The notes beneath the pieces are model-generated. The model did not search any database, was not told the DNA's origin, and was given only the letters and a program-made list of their open reading frames with translations. This document shows positions 1-9,215 of a DNA stretch of 41,176 bases, in pieces. This stretch comes from a virus (taxonomy: Duplodnaviria; Caudoviricetes). Numbering within the stretch: the stretch's first letter is position 1; every line of letters begins with the position of its first letter. The stretch lies in IMG/VR virus record IMGVR_UViG_3300029317_000047, positions 1 to 41,176 of that record; one strand, 5' to 3'. The position numbers and the translations under genes are program-made.

Positions 1-63
1 ATCTGCTGCGAATAGTGTGTTTATACTTAAGATCAAAGCAAGAATACTTAATTTGATTTTCAT
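1..63 (-). CDS. 5' end of a secreted protein gene (probable host gene, truncated by the window edge)
   Basis: ATG at 63 with an upstream AAGGA RBS; reads MKIKLSILALILSINTLFAAD, a typical Sec signal peptide. Confidence 0.7.
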   Translation of the reverse strand, partial: MKIKLSILALILSINTLFAAD

Positions 64-224
64 TTTTATCCTTCTTGTAATAATTTATGCCATTGTAGTA
101 AAATTTTGTTAATTAAGTGTTAATTCGTGATAGTTATTATGAAATATGCATAATGTATCAAAACACTATATAGTCGCATTTTCTACAAACTTATGCAATC
201 TTAAATTATTTGACATATCGTAAC

Positions 225-300
225 TGTGTCATTATTTGACACAAAATCGACACACTATCGACACACCAATATTAAAAGTTTTGTTAATATTTGTGTCATT
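225..300. repeat. Left att region with clustered integrase arm-type GACACA sites
   Basis: GACACA at 238, 249 and 260 (11-bp period); inverted TGTGTCATT at 225 and 292; 238-254 is identical to 41152-41168. Confidence 0.75.
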
Positions 301-365
301 CTGAAATACATTCAATCTCAATAAAAAACTATCCTATAACTACACCTTGAAATACTTTAAAGAAA
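301..365 (+). repeat. Imperfect ~60-bp direct repeat of 916-978
   Basis: Core AAAAAACTATCCTATAAYTACA at 323-344 and 939-960, with similar flanks. Confidence 0.7.
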
Positions 366-529
366 GAAAACATTAATGCTTTGGTGGGAAAATTGGCTTG
401 ACTCTATAAATACGAGGAAATAGACATAAACTTATAGGGAAGGTGAAGGAATATAACATCTCGTCCCCTCACCTTTATATACAGTGCTTTTTATAATTTA
501 AATTTACTTCTAGGTAACATTAAAGGTAA

Positions 530-901
530 CTATACCTTTTCCTCGTGAGTCTTTTTGATAAGTTTTTGATAAGAATTGATAGCGTCGTCTTTTGTTGGGA
601 CAGTGTTAATTCCAAGTTCTCTTAATATTCTATGGTATTCACCCATTGAGTTTGTATTGAATGTAAAAGACGTATCAATTAAGTTTTCAACATAAGCTGT
701 TCTTCCTAAAATAAATATTTCTTTTTCATCAAACTGTACACTATGAATTGTGTCAATATTAATATATATTTCTTCTTTATCCGTAAAATCAATGGGAAAT
801 CGACTATCCGATTGAATTATATCTTGGCTAATACTGAATTTTATGAACTTTTTTTGCAATCTGAAATCCTTTGGCTTTTTAAATTTAAATAATAATATCA
901 T
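530..901 (-). CDS. Hypothetical protein (moron)
   Basis: 123-aa ORF; no family recognised. Confidence 0.6.
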   Translation of the reverse strand: MILLFKFKKPKDFRLQKKFIKFSISQDIIQSDSRFPIDFTDKEEIYINIDTIHSVQFDEKEIFILGRTAYVENLIDTSFTFNTNSMGEYHRILRELGINTVPTKDDAINSYQKLIKKTHEEKV

Positions 902-962
902 ATATTTCTTTCATTCTGCAATACAATCAAATCAATCGAAAAAACTATCCTATAATTACAAC

Positions 963-1280
963 ATGTATTATTTAGAAACTTATCACTTAAAATATATTAG
1001 AGAATTTTGCCAAGGCAATTGCAAAGACATTATCAATCATGAAGATAAAACTAATGTCGAATTATGGAGAGGAAAATTTAAAGGTTTTACCTATGGAATT
1101 TCTACAACAAATTATTTAATTTCCCAAGTTAATCGAAGAACAAAACCTATGGAACTTCATGCACATTTTAAAGAGCAACAAACTAAAGTTCAATTTGATA
1201 CATATAGGTGTGAAGAATTCCAGGAGGGAGTAAAGGAATCAATTCTTAAAATTATTGAGTATGTTAAGGGATTGAATTGA
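963..1280 (+). CDS. Hypothetical protein, probably leaderless (105 aa, MYYLETYHLK...)
   Basis: TATAAT at 951-956 lies 6 nt before the ATG at 963; the ORF-track start at 843 overlaps the opposite-strand gene. Confidence 0.6.
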   Translation: MYYLETYHLKYIREFCQGNCKDIINHEDKTNVELWRGKFKGFTYGISTTNYLISQVNRRTKPMELHAHFKEQQTKVQFDTYRCEEFQEGVKESILKIIEYVKGLN

Positions 1281-1992
1281 TTCCAATCTGTTTCAATGGA
1301 GAAACAGTAACAAGTTCTAAAGGTTTTATTTTATTTATTTTAATAAAAAAGTCCTTGTACATTAATTCAGAGATACTTAGTTCAGAAAGAATGGTGATAA
1401 CGTGAACATTATTGATATTATGATTCTCTAATAGAAATTTAATTATCTCTTCAGAATTATCTTCTCTAAAGGTATCTAGTTCTGAGTAGAAATACAATTC
1501 ACTCGGACTAGACCATCGGCTAGTATAATTGAAATCCTTACGTTTTTCGTTAGTAAGCAATTCATACAATTTCCACTTAAAGATAAATTCATCAGGCTTA
1601 TAAATTAGTTTATTAATATTATCGGTAATGAAATCAAAAAAACTTTCATAAACCATTTCCCTGAAAAAATCAGTATTTCTTAAATTATCATTTAAATAAA
1701 TTAGAAAATCTAATGCACTATTCATTATTATATAATAATCACTGCCCCTATAAGTATGAATATTATAATTATTGATGCTTGTAATTTTCCCATTGAGTAA
1801 TATTTTTATGTTCTTTACCATATGCAAAACTTTTTGATTAATGTTATCAGTAATACCACATTTAATATGTTCTGCTAAATCATCAATGCAAATTTTTAAA
1901 TTATCAATTATCTTTTTTTCATTATCGGGTATATGAAGTATATTAATTTGATTAAATATAGCAAATGTAACTTCTATATTCTGTTTATCCAT
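1264..1992 (-). CDS. Hypothetical low-GC accessory protein
   Basis: 242-aa ORF with an AAGGAG RBS; no recognised motif. Confidence 0.7.
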   Translation of the reverse strand: MDKQNIEVTFAIFNQINILHIPDNEKKIIDNLKICIDDLAEHIKCGITDNINQKVLHMVKNIKILLNGKITSINNYNIHTYRGSDYYIIMNSALDFLIYLNDNLRNTDFFREMVYESFFDFITDNINKLIYKPDEFIFKWKLYELLTNEKRKDFNYTSRWSSPSELYFYSELDTFREDNSEEIIKFLLENHNINNVHVITILSELSISELMYKDFFIKINKIKPLELVTVSPLKQIGINSIP

Positions 1993-2334
1993 TATCAGAT
2001 TCTCCTTTGAAATTATGCAGTATATTACCTGAAAATTGATAAATAATCTGACTTTTAAATTTTATATAAATCGTACCCATAATCCCATTATAGGATAAGT
2101 GAGAGTTTTACCAAGATAATGAATTACATTTCTGATTTGAAGTAAACGCAACAGGGTAAATTACTTTCTCTTGTGTATGAATAATATTAAATTTGAATCT
2201 CAGATAAAATATGCTGGGCTGTTATCTTCATTGTCAATAATCACCTAAGATCCAATAGCAATTTTTTTACCGTTTTTATCTATATATGTCATCTTACGAT
2301 AATCCTTCCCTTTATTAATTTAATATACACTTTG

Positions 2335-2997
2335 TTAAGAAAGAATTTCATCGAGCATTCTAAAAAACTTTTCAGTAAATTCATTTATTTTATACAATTT
2401 AGTTTTTACTTCTTTTTCAGGTATTTTTCTTTCCCCACTTAATACTGCTACGGTTCGTTCTTTTTTCTCAAAGATTCCTAACTGCAGTGCTTTCTGAAAA
2501 CTCGAATACTCTTGGCTAGTTTGAATTTTAAATCTATTTGGCCTACCATTTACAAAATTACATTCTTTTAACTCTTTATGAATTTTGATTAAATCAAGAT
2601 CGTTTAATGTATTAATATTACTTAATAAAGTACTTTCATAATAGTTTAAATTACCATTTTTCACTAGCTCAACGGACAAACGCGCTAATAACTTAGCATG
2701 CAACTCATATGTTGTAGTTCTTGCTTTTTCAATAAACTCATAAAGATAATTCCCATTTTGTTTATTATTTGATAGATTATCATAAAATTTAGCTTTTGCC
2801 TGATCACTTATTTCAGAATGACAACGTGTAAACTCCTCAAGCCTGAATAAGAATCTCTCACCCATAAATTTGTCATAGCTTGCAATTATTGATTCAGCTC
2901 CGATTCCTTTATAAATTGTTACATAGGCAAATGACAAAACTGAATTAACAACATCCCCTACCATCCCACTTTCATACTGTTCTTTTTCAATATTCAT
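2335..2997 (-). CDS. Accessory protein, possibly Abi-alpha/DUF4393-like
   Basis: 220 aa with RBS. Helical N-terminal part (ERFLFRLEEF, HAKLLARL, LNDLDL) and a wHTH-like C-terminus (LGIFE...YKINEFTEKFF). Family judged by eye. Confidence 0.5.
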   Translation of the reverse strand: MNIEKEQYESGMVGDVVNSVLSFAYVTIYKGIGAESIIASYDKFMGERFLFRLEEFTRCHSEISDQAKAKFYDNLSNNKQNGNYLYEFIEKARTTTYELHAKLLARLSVELVKNGNLNYYESTLLSNINTLNDLDLIKIHKELKECNFVNGRPNRFKIQTSQEYSSFQKALQLGIFEKKERTVAVLSGERKIPEKEVKTKLYKINEFTEKFFRMLDEILS

Positions 2998-3257
2998 ACT
3001 CTTCCCTTTATAAAAATTTTACAAATCTTAACAAATATTACTTTAATTTATATTTTGTTTTAAAAACTTAATATTGTTTACTATATTATTTATGTGGGCC
3101 ATAGGGTAAGAGTGTAGACTCCCTTATTTTTAAATTTAATAATAGTTTTCTATAGAATAATCACATTATAATCACAATAGAAATCTTAAATTATTTTTTG
3201 ATAAAATATTCTATATTACAACACACAAACCGTTACAGCCAATAAAGGATAGAGGAT

Positions 3258-4343
3258 ATGATAAAAGAAGAAGATTTATTTTTCAAACAAGACTTTTTTG
3301 TAGATGCAGTATCAATATTTTTAAGTTCATTAAGAGATTACGATTTAGATCAAGGATTTGAAAAAAATAGAAATGACTATTTAATTTCAATTTTAAAAAA
3401 TATGAGAAGTAACCCTATTGCATGGAATAAACATTGTCCAATAACGATAAATAGCCAAGGTTCAACGTTATTACAGAATATGAATATACAAAATGGCATA
3501 TCTTATTCGAAAGAACACTTCGATAGTTTATTTGCAATTTGTTTTAAGTTTGTATTCGAGTTCCATTTGTCTACAACTATAATTTATGATTTTGATCTTG
3601 ATAACATAATAGAATTTGCAATTGAGAATATTGAAGAATTCGAACTATCGGCAACACGTAAATTAAATCACACTATTAAAGTCTTTCCCATTTCATTGTT
3701 TAAACACGTATCAAATGGTGAAGCTATTGAAAGTATAAAAAACTTCAATGCTCGTGCGAATATAATGGAAGATAAAGAAAAAAAATGGGAACTTGATTTC
3801 AAAAAGAAAGAAGATAATGTTTCTGCACTAAAATCAAAATTAGATGATTATGAGAAAGATTACAATTTTGTAGCTCTTTATGATGGATTTAAAAAGTTAG
3901 GTACTCAAAAGCAATTTGAAAAATCTTTATCCTTAGGTTTTTTATTTTTTCTAGGATCATTTATAATTGCAACATTAACTGTTGAAATATACTATGTTTT
4001 GCAAAATATAGAAACGTTAAAAGGAGCTAATTCATTATTTGCATTGACTATGATACCTATGACCTCCCTTATATTTATAATAATTTATTTTTTTAGAATT
4101 GTTTTGCATAATTATAAAGCTGTTAAATCACAGCTTCTGCAAATTGAGCTCAGGCAAACCTTATGTCAATTTATAGATAGTTATTCTCATTATGCCAAAG
4201 ACATTAATGATAAGAGTCCTGAAACATTAAAAAAGTTTGAGCAAATAATTTTTTCAAATATTGCTTCATCCGATGATAAATTACCTTCAACTTTTGAGGG
4301 TATAGATCAATTTTCTAATTTAGTAAAAGCTTTTAAAAAATAG
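3258..4343 (+). CDS. Coiled-coil plus two-TM membrane protein (moron, candidate defence gene)
   Basis: 361 aa with a GAGGA RBS; coiled coil around aa 160-215, two hydrophobic helices, C-terminal QIELRQTLCQFI...FEQIIFS...LPSTFEG; opposite strand to the late genes. Confidence 0.7.
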   Translation: MIKEEDLFFKQDFFVDAVSIFLSSLRDYDLDQGFEKNRNDYLISILKNMRSNPIAWNKHCPITINSQGSTLLQNMNIQNGISYSKEHFDSLFAICFKFVFEFHLSTTIIYDFDLDNIIEFAIENIEEFELSATRKLNHTIKVFPISLFKHVSNGEAIESIKNFNARANIMEDKEKKWELDFKKKEDNVSALKSKLDDYEKDYNFVALYDGFKKLGTQKQFEKSLSLGFLFFLGSFIIATLTVEIYYVLQNIETLKGANSLFALTMIPMTSLIFIIIYFFRIVLHNYKAVKSQLLQIELRQTLCQFIDSYSHYAKDINDKSPETLKKFEQIIFSNIASSDDKLPSTFEGIDQFSNLVKAFKK

Positions 4344-4363
4344 AGGAGTATAAACACTCCTCT
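4342..4363. terminator. Probable bidirectional terminator between convergent genes
   Basis: AGAGGAGT-ATAAAC-ACTCCTCT hairpin between the stop codons at 4343 and 4363. Confidence 0.6.
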
Positions 4364-4857
4364 TATTCTAAATCTCTATATGCATATACCATTTTTAAAA
4401 AGTGGTCCACATCTCCCTTCCCTGCGTTGGTGTTATAGTGTCTTTTCCAATAAGCTGCACGACCTTTTAAAGTCAATGGAATATCATCTGATACAGGTAG
4501 ATAATGTAATCTACAAAACAATAAAGCTAAAAATGTGTTATATCGTAAATCATTCCACTCTATTAAATCTAAATCAATTCCTAGATCTCGTTTGATCTTA
4601 CTTCTATATTTTGCAGACCTTTTTTTAATATCATCAAAGGGATGGTACGGTTTACCGTTATCCACTTGACACAATCCCAAACCTGCTTTTAAGGTCCTAT
4701 CTAAAATACGGCCCATTCCTGTTTCAGCACAAGCTGTTTCAAGTAACATATCCACAGCTGTGTTATTTTTCCCATGGCCTAAACAGTCACAAACAATTGT
4801 TGCCTGGTGTTTTACATCTTTGATAAAACCATAACTTGGAAATGTATTTTTACTCAT
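4363..4857 (-). CDS. Endolysin, lysozyme-like fold
   Basis: ETACAETG (candidate catalytic Glu), GLGLCQVD, CRLHY and YWKRHYNTxxGKG; last gene of the late operon. The ATG at 4857 has an RBS (ORF track starts at 4875). Confidence 0.7.
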   Translation of the reverse strand: MSKNTFPSYGFIKDVKHQATIVCDCLGHGKNNTAVDMLLETACAETGMGRILDRTLKAGLGLCQVDNGKPYHPFDDIKKRSAKYRSKIKRDLGIDLDLIEWNDLRYNTFLALLFCRLHYLPVSDDIPLTLKGRAAYWKRHYNTNAGKGDVDHFLKMVYAYRDLE

Positions 4858-5179
4858 GACTCTTCCTTTTTTCAAGTGCTATTAAAATCTCTTTTACTCC
4901 ACCTTCTATGTTGTCAAATCGTTTATCAATATGTTTTTCAAACTTTTCAAACTCTCTAATCCTAAGATAAACTTCATCAGCTTTATCACGTGTCAGGTAT
5001 TGAGATTTTTGTGTTTGCAACTCTACGATATCAGCTGCAAACGTATCTGTTTTTCTAAACAATGAATCAATTTGTTTTTTAAATTCTGCATTTTGATATT
5101 TATTAACAGCAAATTGCGCTACATTTGCAAATATAAATATAACAATTGTTATCATCCAACCCTCAATACCATTCATCAC
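4850..5179 (-). CDS. Putative holin-like protein (N-terminal TM plus coiled coil)
   Basis: Single N-terminal hydrophobic helix; overlaps the endolysin start. Confidence 0.5.
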   Translation of the reverse strand: MMNGIEGWMITIVIFIFANVAQFAVNKYQNAEFKKQIDSLFRKTDTFAADIVELQTQKSQYLTRDKADEVYLRIREFEKFEKHIDKRFDNIEGGVKEILIALEKRKSHE

Positions 5180-5208
5180 TTTTTCCTTTTAAAATTTATA
5201 TATACAAA

Positions 5209-5242
5209 AGAACCTAAACAAAGTTTTATTTGAATAGGTTCT
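5209..5242 (-). terminator. Hairpin, possible terminator upstream of the holin-endolysin pair
   Basis: AGAACCTA...TAGGTTCT stem followed by TTT on the minus strand. Confidence 0.4.
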
Positions 5243-5248
5243 ACACTT

Positions 5249-5464
5249 TCACTCTGTTATTTTATCGTCAACTGCAACTGCAACTTTATCAACTTCTGTT
5301 GCCACTTCATGGATTGTACCAACAACTTTTTTCACTTTTTTATATCCCTCTTTTGCTCCGATATAACCCGACTTTACTGTTTGGTACTTCTCACTAAAAC
5401 ACCCTGTAAAACCAACCATTACACACACTAAAACTAACACATTAATTACTAACTTTTTCATCAT
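5249..5464 (-). CDS. Small lipoprotein (lysis-associated or spanin-like)
   Basis: MKK plus hydrophobic stretch plus FTGC lipobox, in the lysis region. Confidence 0.6.
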   Translation of the reverse strand: MMKKLVINVLVLVCVMVGFTGCFSEKYQTVKSGYIGAKEGYKKVKKVVGTIHEVATEVDKVAVAVDDKITE

Positions 5465-5897
5465 ATACCTCCAAGTATTTTTGATTTATTTGTCTTTGTT
5501 CATCTGTTTTATCATTCCAAGCTTTCCAACCCAAACAGACCACCATCCAATAATATGCATATCTTCTAATATAAGCTACTTGTAGCACTTGCATTGCTTC
5601 TAAAAACAGATTATCAGCTTCATTTCTAGGTAGCTTTTGCGTACCAAATAATGCATCATGTAATATGGCTGCATTAGTATATTTTCCAAAGTGTTTTAAA
5701 AATGCTTTGGATGCACCATCATGGATAAATCCCTTTCTCACTACAAAGATTCTTCCATCTATTGAGCGATAATATAAATCATGTTCTAACTTATATAAAT
5801 CATCTGATATTTGGAAACTTTTAGCATATGGGCAAGGTGTTCCATTTTGTAAATAGAACCCTGCTTTTTTTGGAATGTTTTCAAATTCTTTTTTCAA
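5442..5897 (-). CDS. DUF1353-family protein
   Basis: VRKGFIHDGAS, AAILHDAL and ADNLFLEAM motifs. Confidence 0.8.
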   Translation of the reverse strand: MKKEFENIPKKAGFYLQNGTPCPYAKSFQISDDLYKLEHDLYYRSIDGRIFVVRKGFIHDGASKAFLKHFGKYTNAAILHDALFGTQKLPRNEADNLFLEAMQVLQVAYIRRYAYYWMVVCLGWKAWNDKTDEQRQINQKYLEVYDEKVSN

Positions 5898-5908
5898 TTT
5901 TTCCTCCT

Positions 5909-6442
5909 TTAATATTTAAATAAAATCACTGCTTTTTCAGTCATTGATTTTTTCATAGTTTCAACGATACTTTCTATCATCACTGTATGGGGTTTATTAT
6001 CTGCACCCTTCCACATTACGGTGGTATCTTTATACACATATTGATATGCATCTGCAGGTGTTAATACTTGTGATACTTCTTCACCTTCTTTAATGATTCC
6101 AATTGAAAAAGCTTTGTTAAACGTAGCATTTGCAACGGCAATTACTGCAGCCATATTTCCAATTGATTCACCATTTGAATCATAAAAAACTTTGTTATGT
6201 AAGATTTTTAAATCATCAAGTTCTTTAATCTTTAAAACTTTATTTGTAACCACTAAATCATCAGCTTCTTTTTTAGCTAACTTCACATCATCTTTTTGAT
6301 AAATTCCGTTTTCATCAGGAGTATCCATATAACAATCTTTTGGATACTCTAAACCGTTTTCATCTTCTGCTAAGAATTTTCGCTCTATTGATACATACTC
6401 ACCATTAATAAGTATTTGCATTTTCCCAAATATATTACGCAT
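5909..6442 (-). CDS. Tail fibre assembly/associated protein (DUF4376-like)
   Basis: Directly follows the tail fibre gene; WKGADN motif. Confidence 0.55.
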   Translation of the reverse strand: MRNIFGKMQILINGEYVSIERKFLAEDENGLEYPKDCYMDTPDENGIYQKDDVKLAKKEADDLVVTNKVLKIKELDDLKILHNKVFYDSNGESIGNMAAVIAVANATFNKAFSIGIIKEGEEVSQVLTPADAYQYVYKDTTVMWKGADNKPHTVMIESIVETMKKSMTEKAVILFKY

Positions 6443-9215
6443 CTTTTGTTTCTCCTATATATGTTGCTATTATTTGACAAGGAGCAGAGTCGATAGAACC
6501 ATTAAATGATTGATTATGTCCTGAGCCAATACCATTTGATTGCCCATAGTTTACACCTTGAACCCCTGTGACAATTACTATTCCTTTAGCATTACTTCTA
6601 GCTACAGTTCCATAGCCACTAGTAGATATGCTTGAATGGTCAGACCATCCCGTTTCACTCCATAATCCATTTTCAAATGTTTCAGCTTTAACATCCCAAT
6701 CACTAGCTTTTGTTTCAAATCCAAGATTAGGATAAGCATATGTATATTCATTGTCCTTGTCTACATCACCACAAGGAATTTTAAATCTATTACCATTCAG
6801 CTTAGTAACTCCATTGACTGTTATATTTCCAAACAATTCAGCCACTTCAATTTTTTCAACTTTATAAACTTTTCCACCACTTGCATATATTTTTGCTATT
6901 TGTGCATATCCATTATCATAGGACACATCAAGATAATTTTTGTATTTGTTTGTTGTTTTGTCATAGTAGTCTGCTAGTTCGATGTCTAACACTTGTGCTT
7001 CAATGAAGTGTACTTCCTCTGCCGTCAAGTAATCAGTTACACCCCCAGCAGTTGAAATAACTTCAACCTTAATGGCTTTGTATTTGGTGCTATTTAAAAA
7101 TCCCATATCTGTAAACACACCACTTTCAAAATCCCCTGAAACATATCCACTTACAGTAGCAATCAAAGTCCATGTACCATCAGAGCCAACAGTAGTATCG
7201 TTACTCACCCATATATTACCACTACCTAAACTTCTCTGTGGGAAGGTCGTTTGTTGTTTCCATCTAATTTTATTTATAGCTATTGGTGTGTCATAGATAT
7301 AACCAAATTCAAAACCTACTGCATTGTTTAAAGTAGAGTGTAAAGCAGAAGAAGTGCCATCAAAAGCATCATGTGCACCATCAGAAGGGGTGTTATTATT
7401 AGCAAATGCAATTCCACTTGGAGCTGTATCACTTGTCATGATAGGGACAGTATTAGTTATTGAAGGGTTATCATCACCATTAGCTAAAAATCCAGTAACC
7501 TTACCACCTCTTTGTGGTTCATTTTCAACAACACTAACCACACCCAAATCATCAATAACTGCATAAGAAATATCAGGTAAAGCAGTGGTATATTCATAGT
7601 TAGATAAAAACTTTTTGATGTTCTTATATGAACCTTCTGATTTTCCTTTAACTCCATGTGCATATCCGTTGAATTTAGGATATGAAGTTGCACTTGGTTT
7701 GTCAAAATATGTACCTCCACCATCTCCTACAGTATCACGTTCAACTATGGCTATATAATTTGTTCCTGAGCTATTAAAAGTTGCATCAGTAGAGTTCAAT
7801 ATTAAACTCGTATCTGTAACTGCCACAGTATAAGCCTGATGAACATCACTTACTCCTGACGTATTCATGAAGAGAGAACTACTAGTCTCTCTTAGAGAAT
7901 CTTGCCAGTTCCAGTTACCTGCTAAATCTACTCTTTTAATCCTCCAACTATTAGCTCTGAATCCTACTTCAATTTCATTACCAACTGTTACATTACCCTC
8001 ATACTTAACCAACTTTTTATAATCTGAATTACCAAAGAAATAATCTACATAGACAAACCCTGCATCATTTACATTTCCATGATTTCCTTTAAAGTGAAAT
8101 GACGTATCAGTAGGTGCTGTGTTTTCCCAAGCATCATTTGCTGACGAAGCATTACTTCCAGTAGTTGAATAATATAATTGCATCTTATTATCTTTATCGC
8201 CATGATAAACATACCCACCAGTTGCCCCATTTAACTTTTTAGTTTCTTGATAATCAACTAGAAAAGGTCGCCATGAATCAGTTGCACTATCTGAACCAAC
8301 TCTATAACACATACCACATTTTGTTATTGGATTAAAAGCCACAACTTCCAATGTACCACTTGATGTTAAAGATGCTCTAATATTTGTGTAGGCTTCTGTA
8401 TGTAGGACGTATTTTTTGAGGTTCTCATTAACCCTTATATCGCTAGTTGAACCATTACCAAGTGTTACCCCCGTGGAAGTAGGCGTAACCTTACCAAATC
8501 TACCATCTTCTGCACTTGACAAATCAGTAGCTAAGTCTTTATCATCCCCTCTAAAACCATCAGTAACATGATAGGAATAAGCGACATCTAGCCCTTTAAT
8601 CGTATTCTTAGTGATAAGTTTGTTATCATCTAATAGAATCTCAATAGGTGTACTTAAATCTTGTGCTACCCCTGCATCATTTCTAAATTCATTAATCGTT
8701 CTATCTGCATTTGAGTAAAGATAATAACCTGAACCATTAAAAGGAACTGTGTAATCAATAGAACCAATACCCGTTACTAAACTTTGACCTCCTGTAATAC
8801 CAGTGTATAAATGAGTGTTTAGACCTAAAATATTATTGGTATTTGAAATACTCACATCACCATCAAAACCATCTACACCATGAAGTGCTGAACTTGTTTC
8901 TATGACTACATCACCACTTCCTGTTATATCTTTACCATTAACAGTTTTTACATTTGTTCCTGATACCAAAGTATCTTGTTTAGCATCAACCATTGTATCA
9001 ATTGCACCAGATGTATATGTTGCATCCCCTGCACTTGCAAGTGTTGCCATTTTTGTGTCAATCTTTGTTTCTAGTTGGTCTGCTGCACTTTGTACTTCTA
9101 TTTGTAAGTAGGTTTTAACCTCACTCATTATTGTGTTTATTTTTGAACCTGCAGTTGCAATTTTATCTGTGATTGCAAGTGTAACTGTAGGAAAAAAATC
9201 ATTTATATTTATCAT
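6435..9215 (-). CDS. Tail fibre / receptor-binding protein
   Basis: 926 aa, G/S/T-rich; KQDTLVSGTNVKTVNG repeat motif; discoidin-like segment MTSDTAPSG...AHDAFDG. Confidence 0.8.
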   Translation of the reverse strand: MININDFFPTVTLAITDKIATAGSKINTIMSEVKTYLQIEVQSAADQLETKIDTKMATLASAGDATYTSGAIDTMVDAKQDTLVSGTNVKTVNGKDITGSGDVVIETSSALHGVDGFDGDVSISNTNNILGLNTHLYTGITGGQSLVTGIGSIDYTVPFNGSGYYLYSNADRTINEFRNDAGVAQDLSTPIEILLDDNKLITKNTIKGLDVAYSYHVTDGFRGDDKDLATDLSSAEDGRFGKVTPTSTGVTLGNGSTSDIRVNENLKKYVLHTEAYTNIRASLTSSGTLEVVAFNPITKCGMCYRVGSDSATDSWRPFLVDYQETKKLNGATGGYVYHGDKDNKMQLYYSTTGSNASSANDAWENTAPTDTSFHFKGNHGNVNDAGFVYVDYFFGNSDYKKLVKYEGNVTVGNEIEVGFRANSWRIKRVDLAGNWNWQDSLRETSSSLFMNTSGVSDVHQAYTVAVTDTSLILNSTDATFNSSGTNYIAIVERDTVGDGGGTYFDKPSATSYPKFNGYAHGVKGKSEGSYKNIKKFLSNYEYTTALPDISYAVIDDLGVVSVVENEPQRGGKVTGFLANGDDNPSITNTVPIMTSDTAPSGIAFANNNTPSDGAHDAFDGTSSALHSTLNNAVGFEFGYIYDTPIAINKIRWKQQTTFPQRSLGSGNIWVSNDTTVGSDGTWTLIATVSGYVSGDFESGVFTDMGFLNSTKYKAIKVEVISTAGGVTDYLTAEEVHFIEAQVLDIELADYYDKTTNKYKNYLDVSYDNGYAQIAKIYASGGKVYKVEKIEVAELFGNITVNGVTKLNGNRFKIPCGDVDKDNEYTYAYPNLGFETKASDWDVKAETFENGLWSETGWSDHSSISTSGYGTVARSNAKGIVIVTGVQGVNYGQSNGIGSGHNQSFNGSIDSAPCQIIATYIGETKDA

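Noticed and set aside
441-475. tRNA fragment as an att core
   Set aside because: Only an imperfect hairpin (AAGGTGA/TCACCTT) is present, with no T-loop or CCA signature.
2065-2292. Minus-strand gene starting MTYIDKNGKKIAIG
   Set aside because: It stops after 15 codons and the following frames are broken; at most a decayed remnant.
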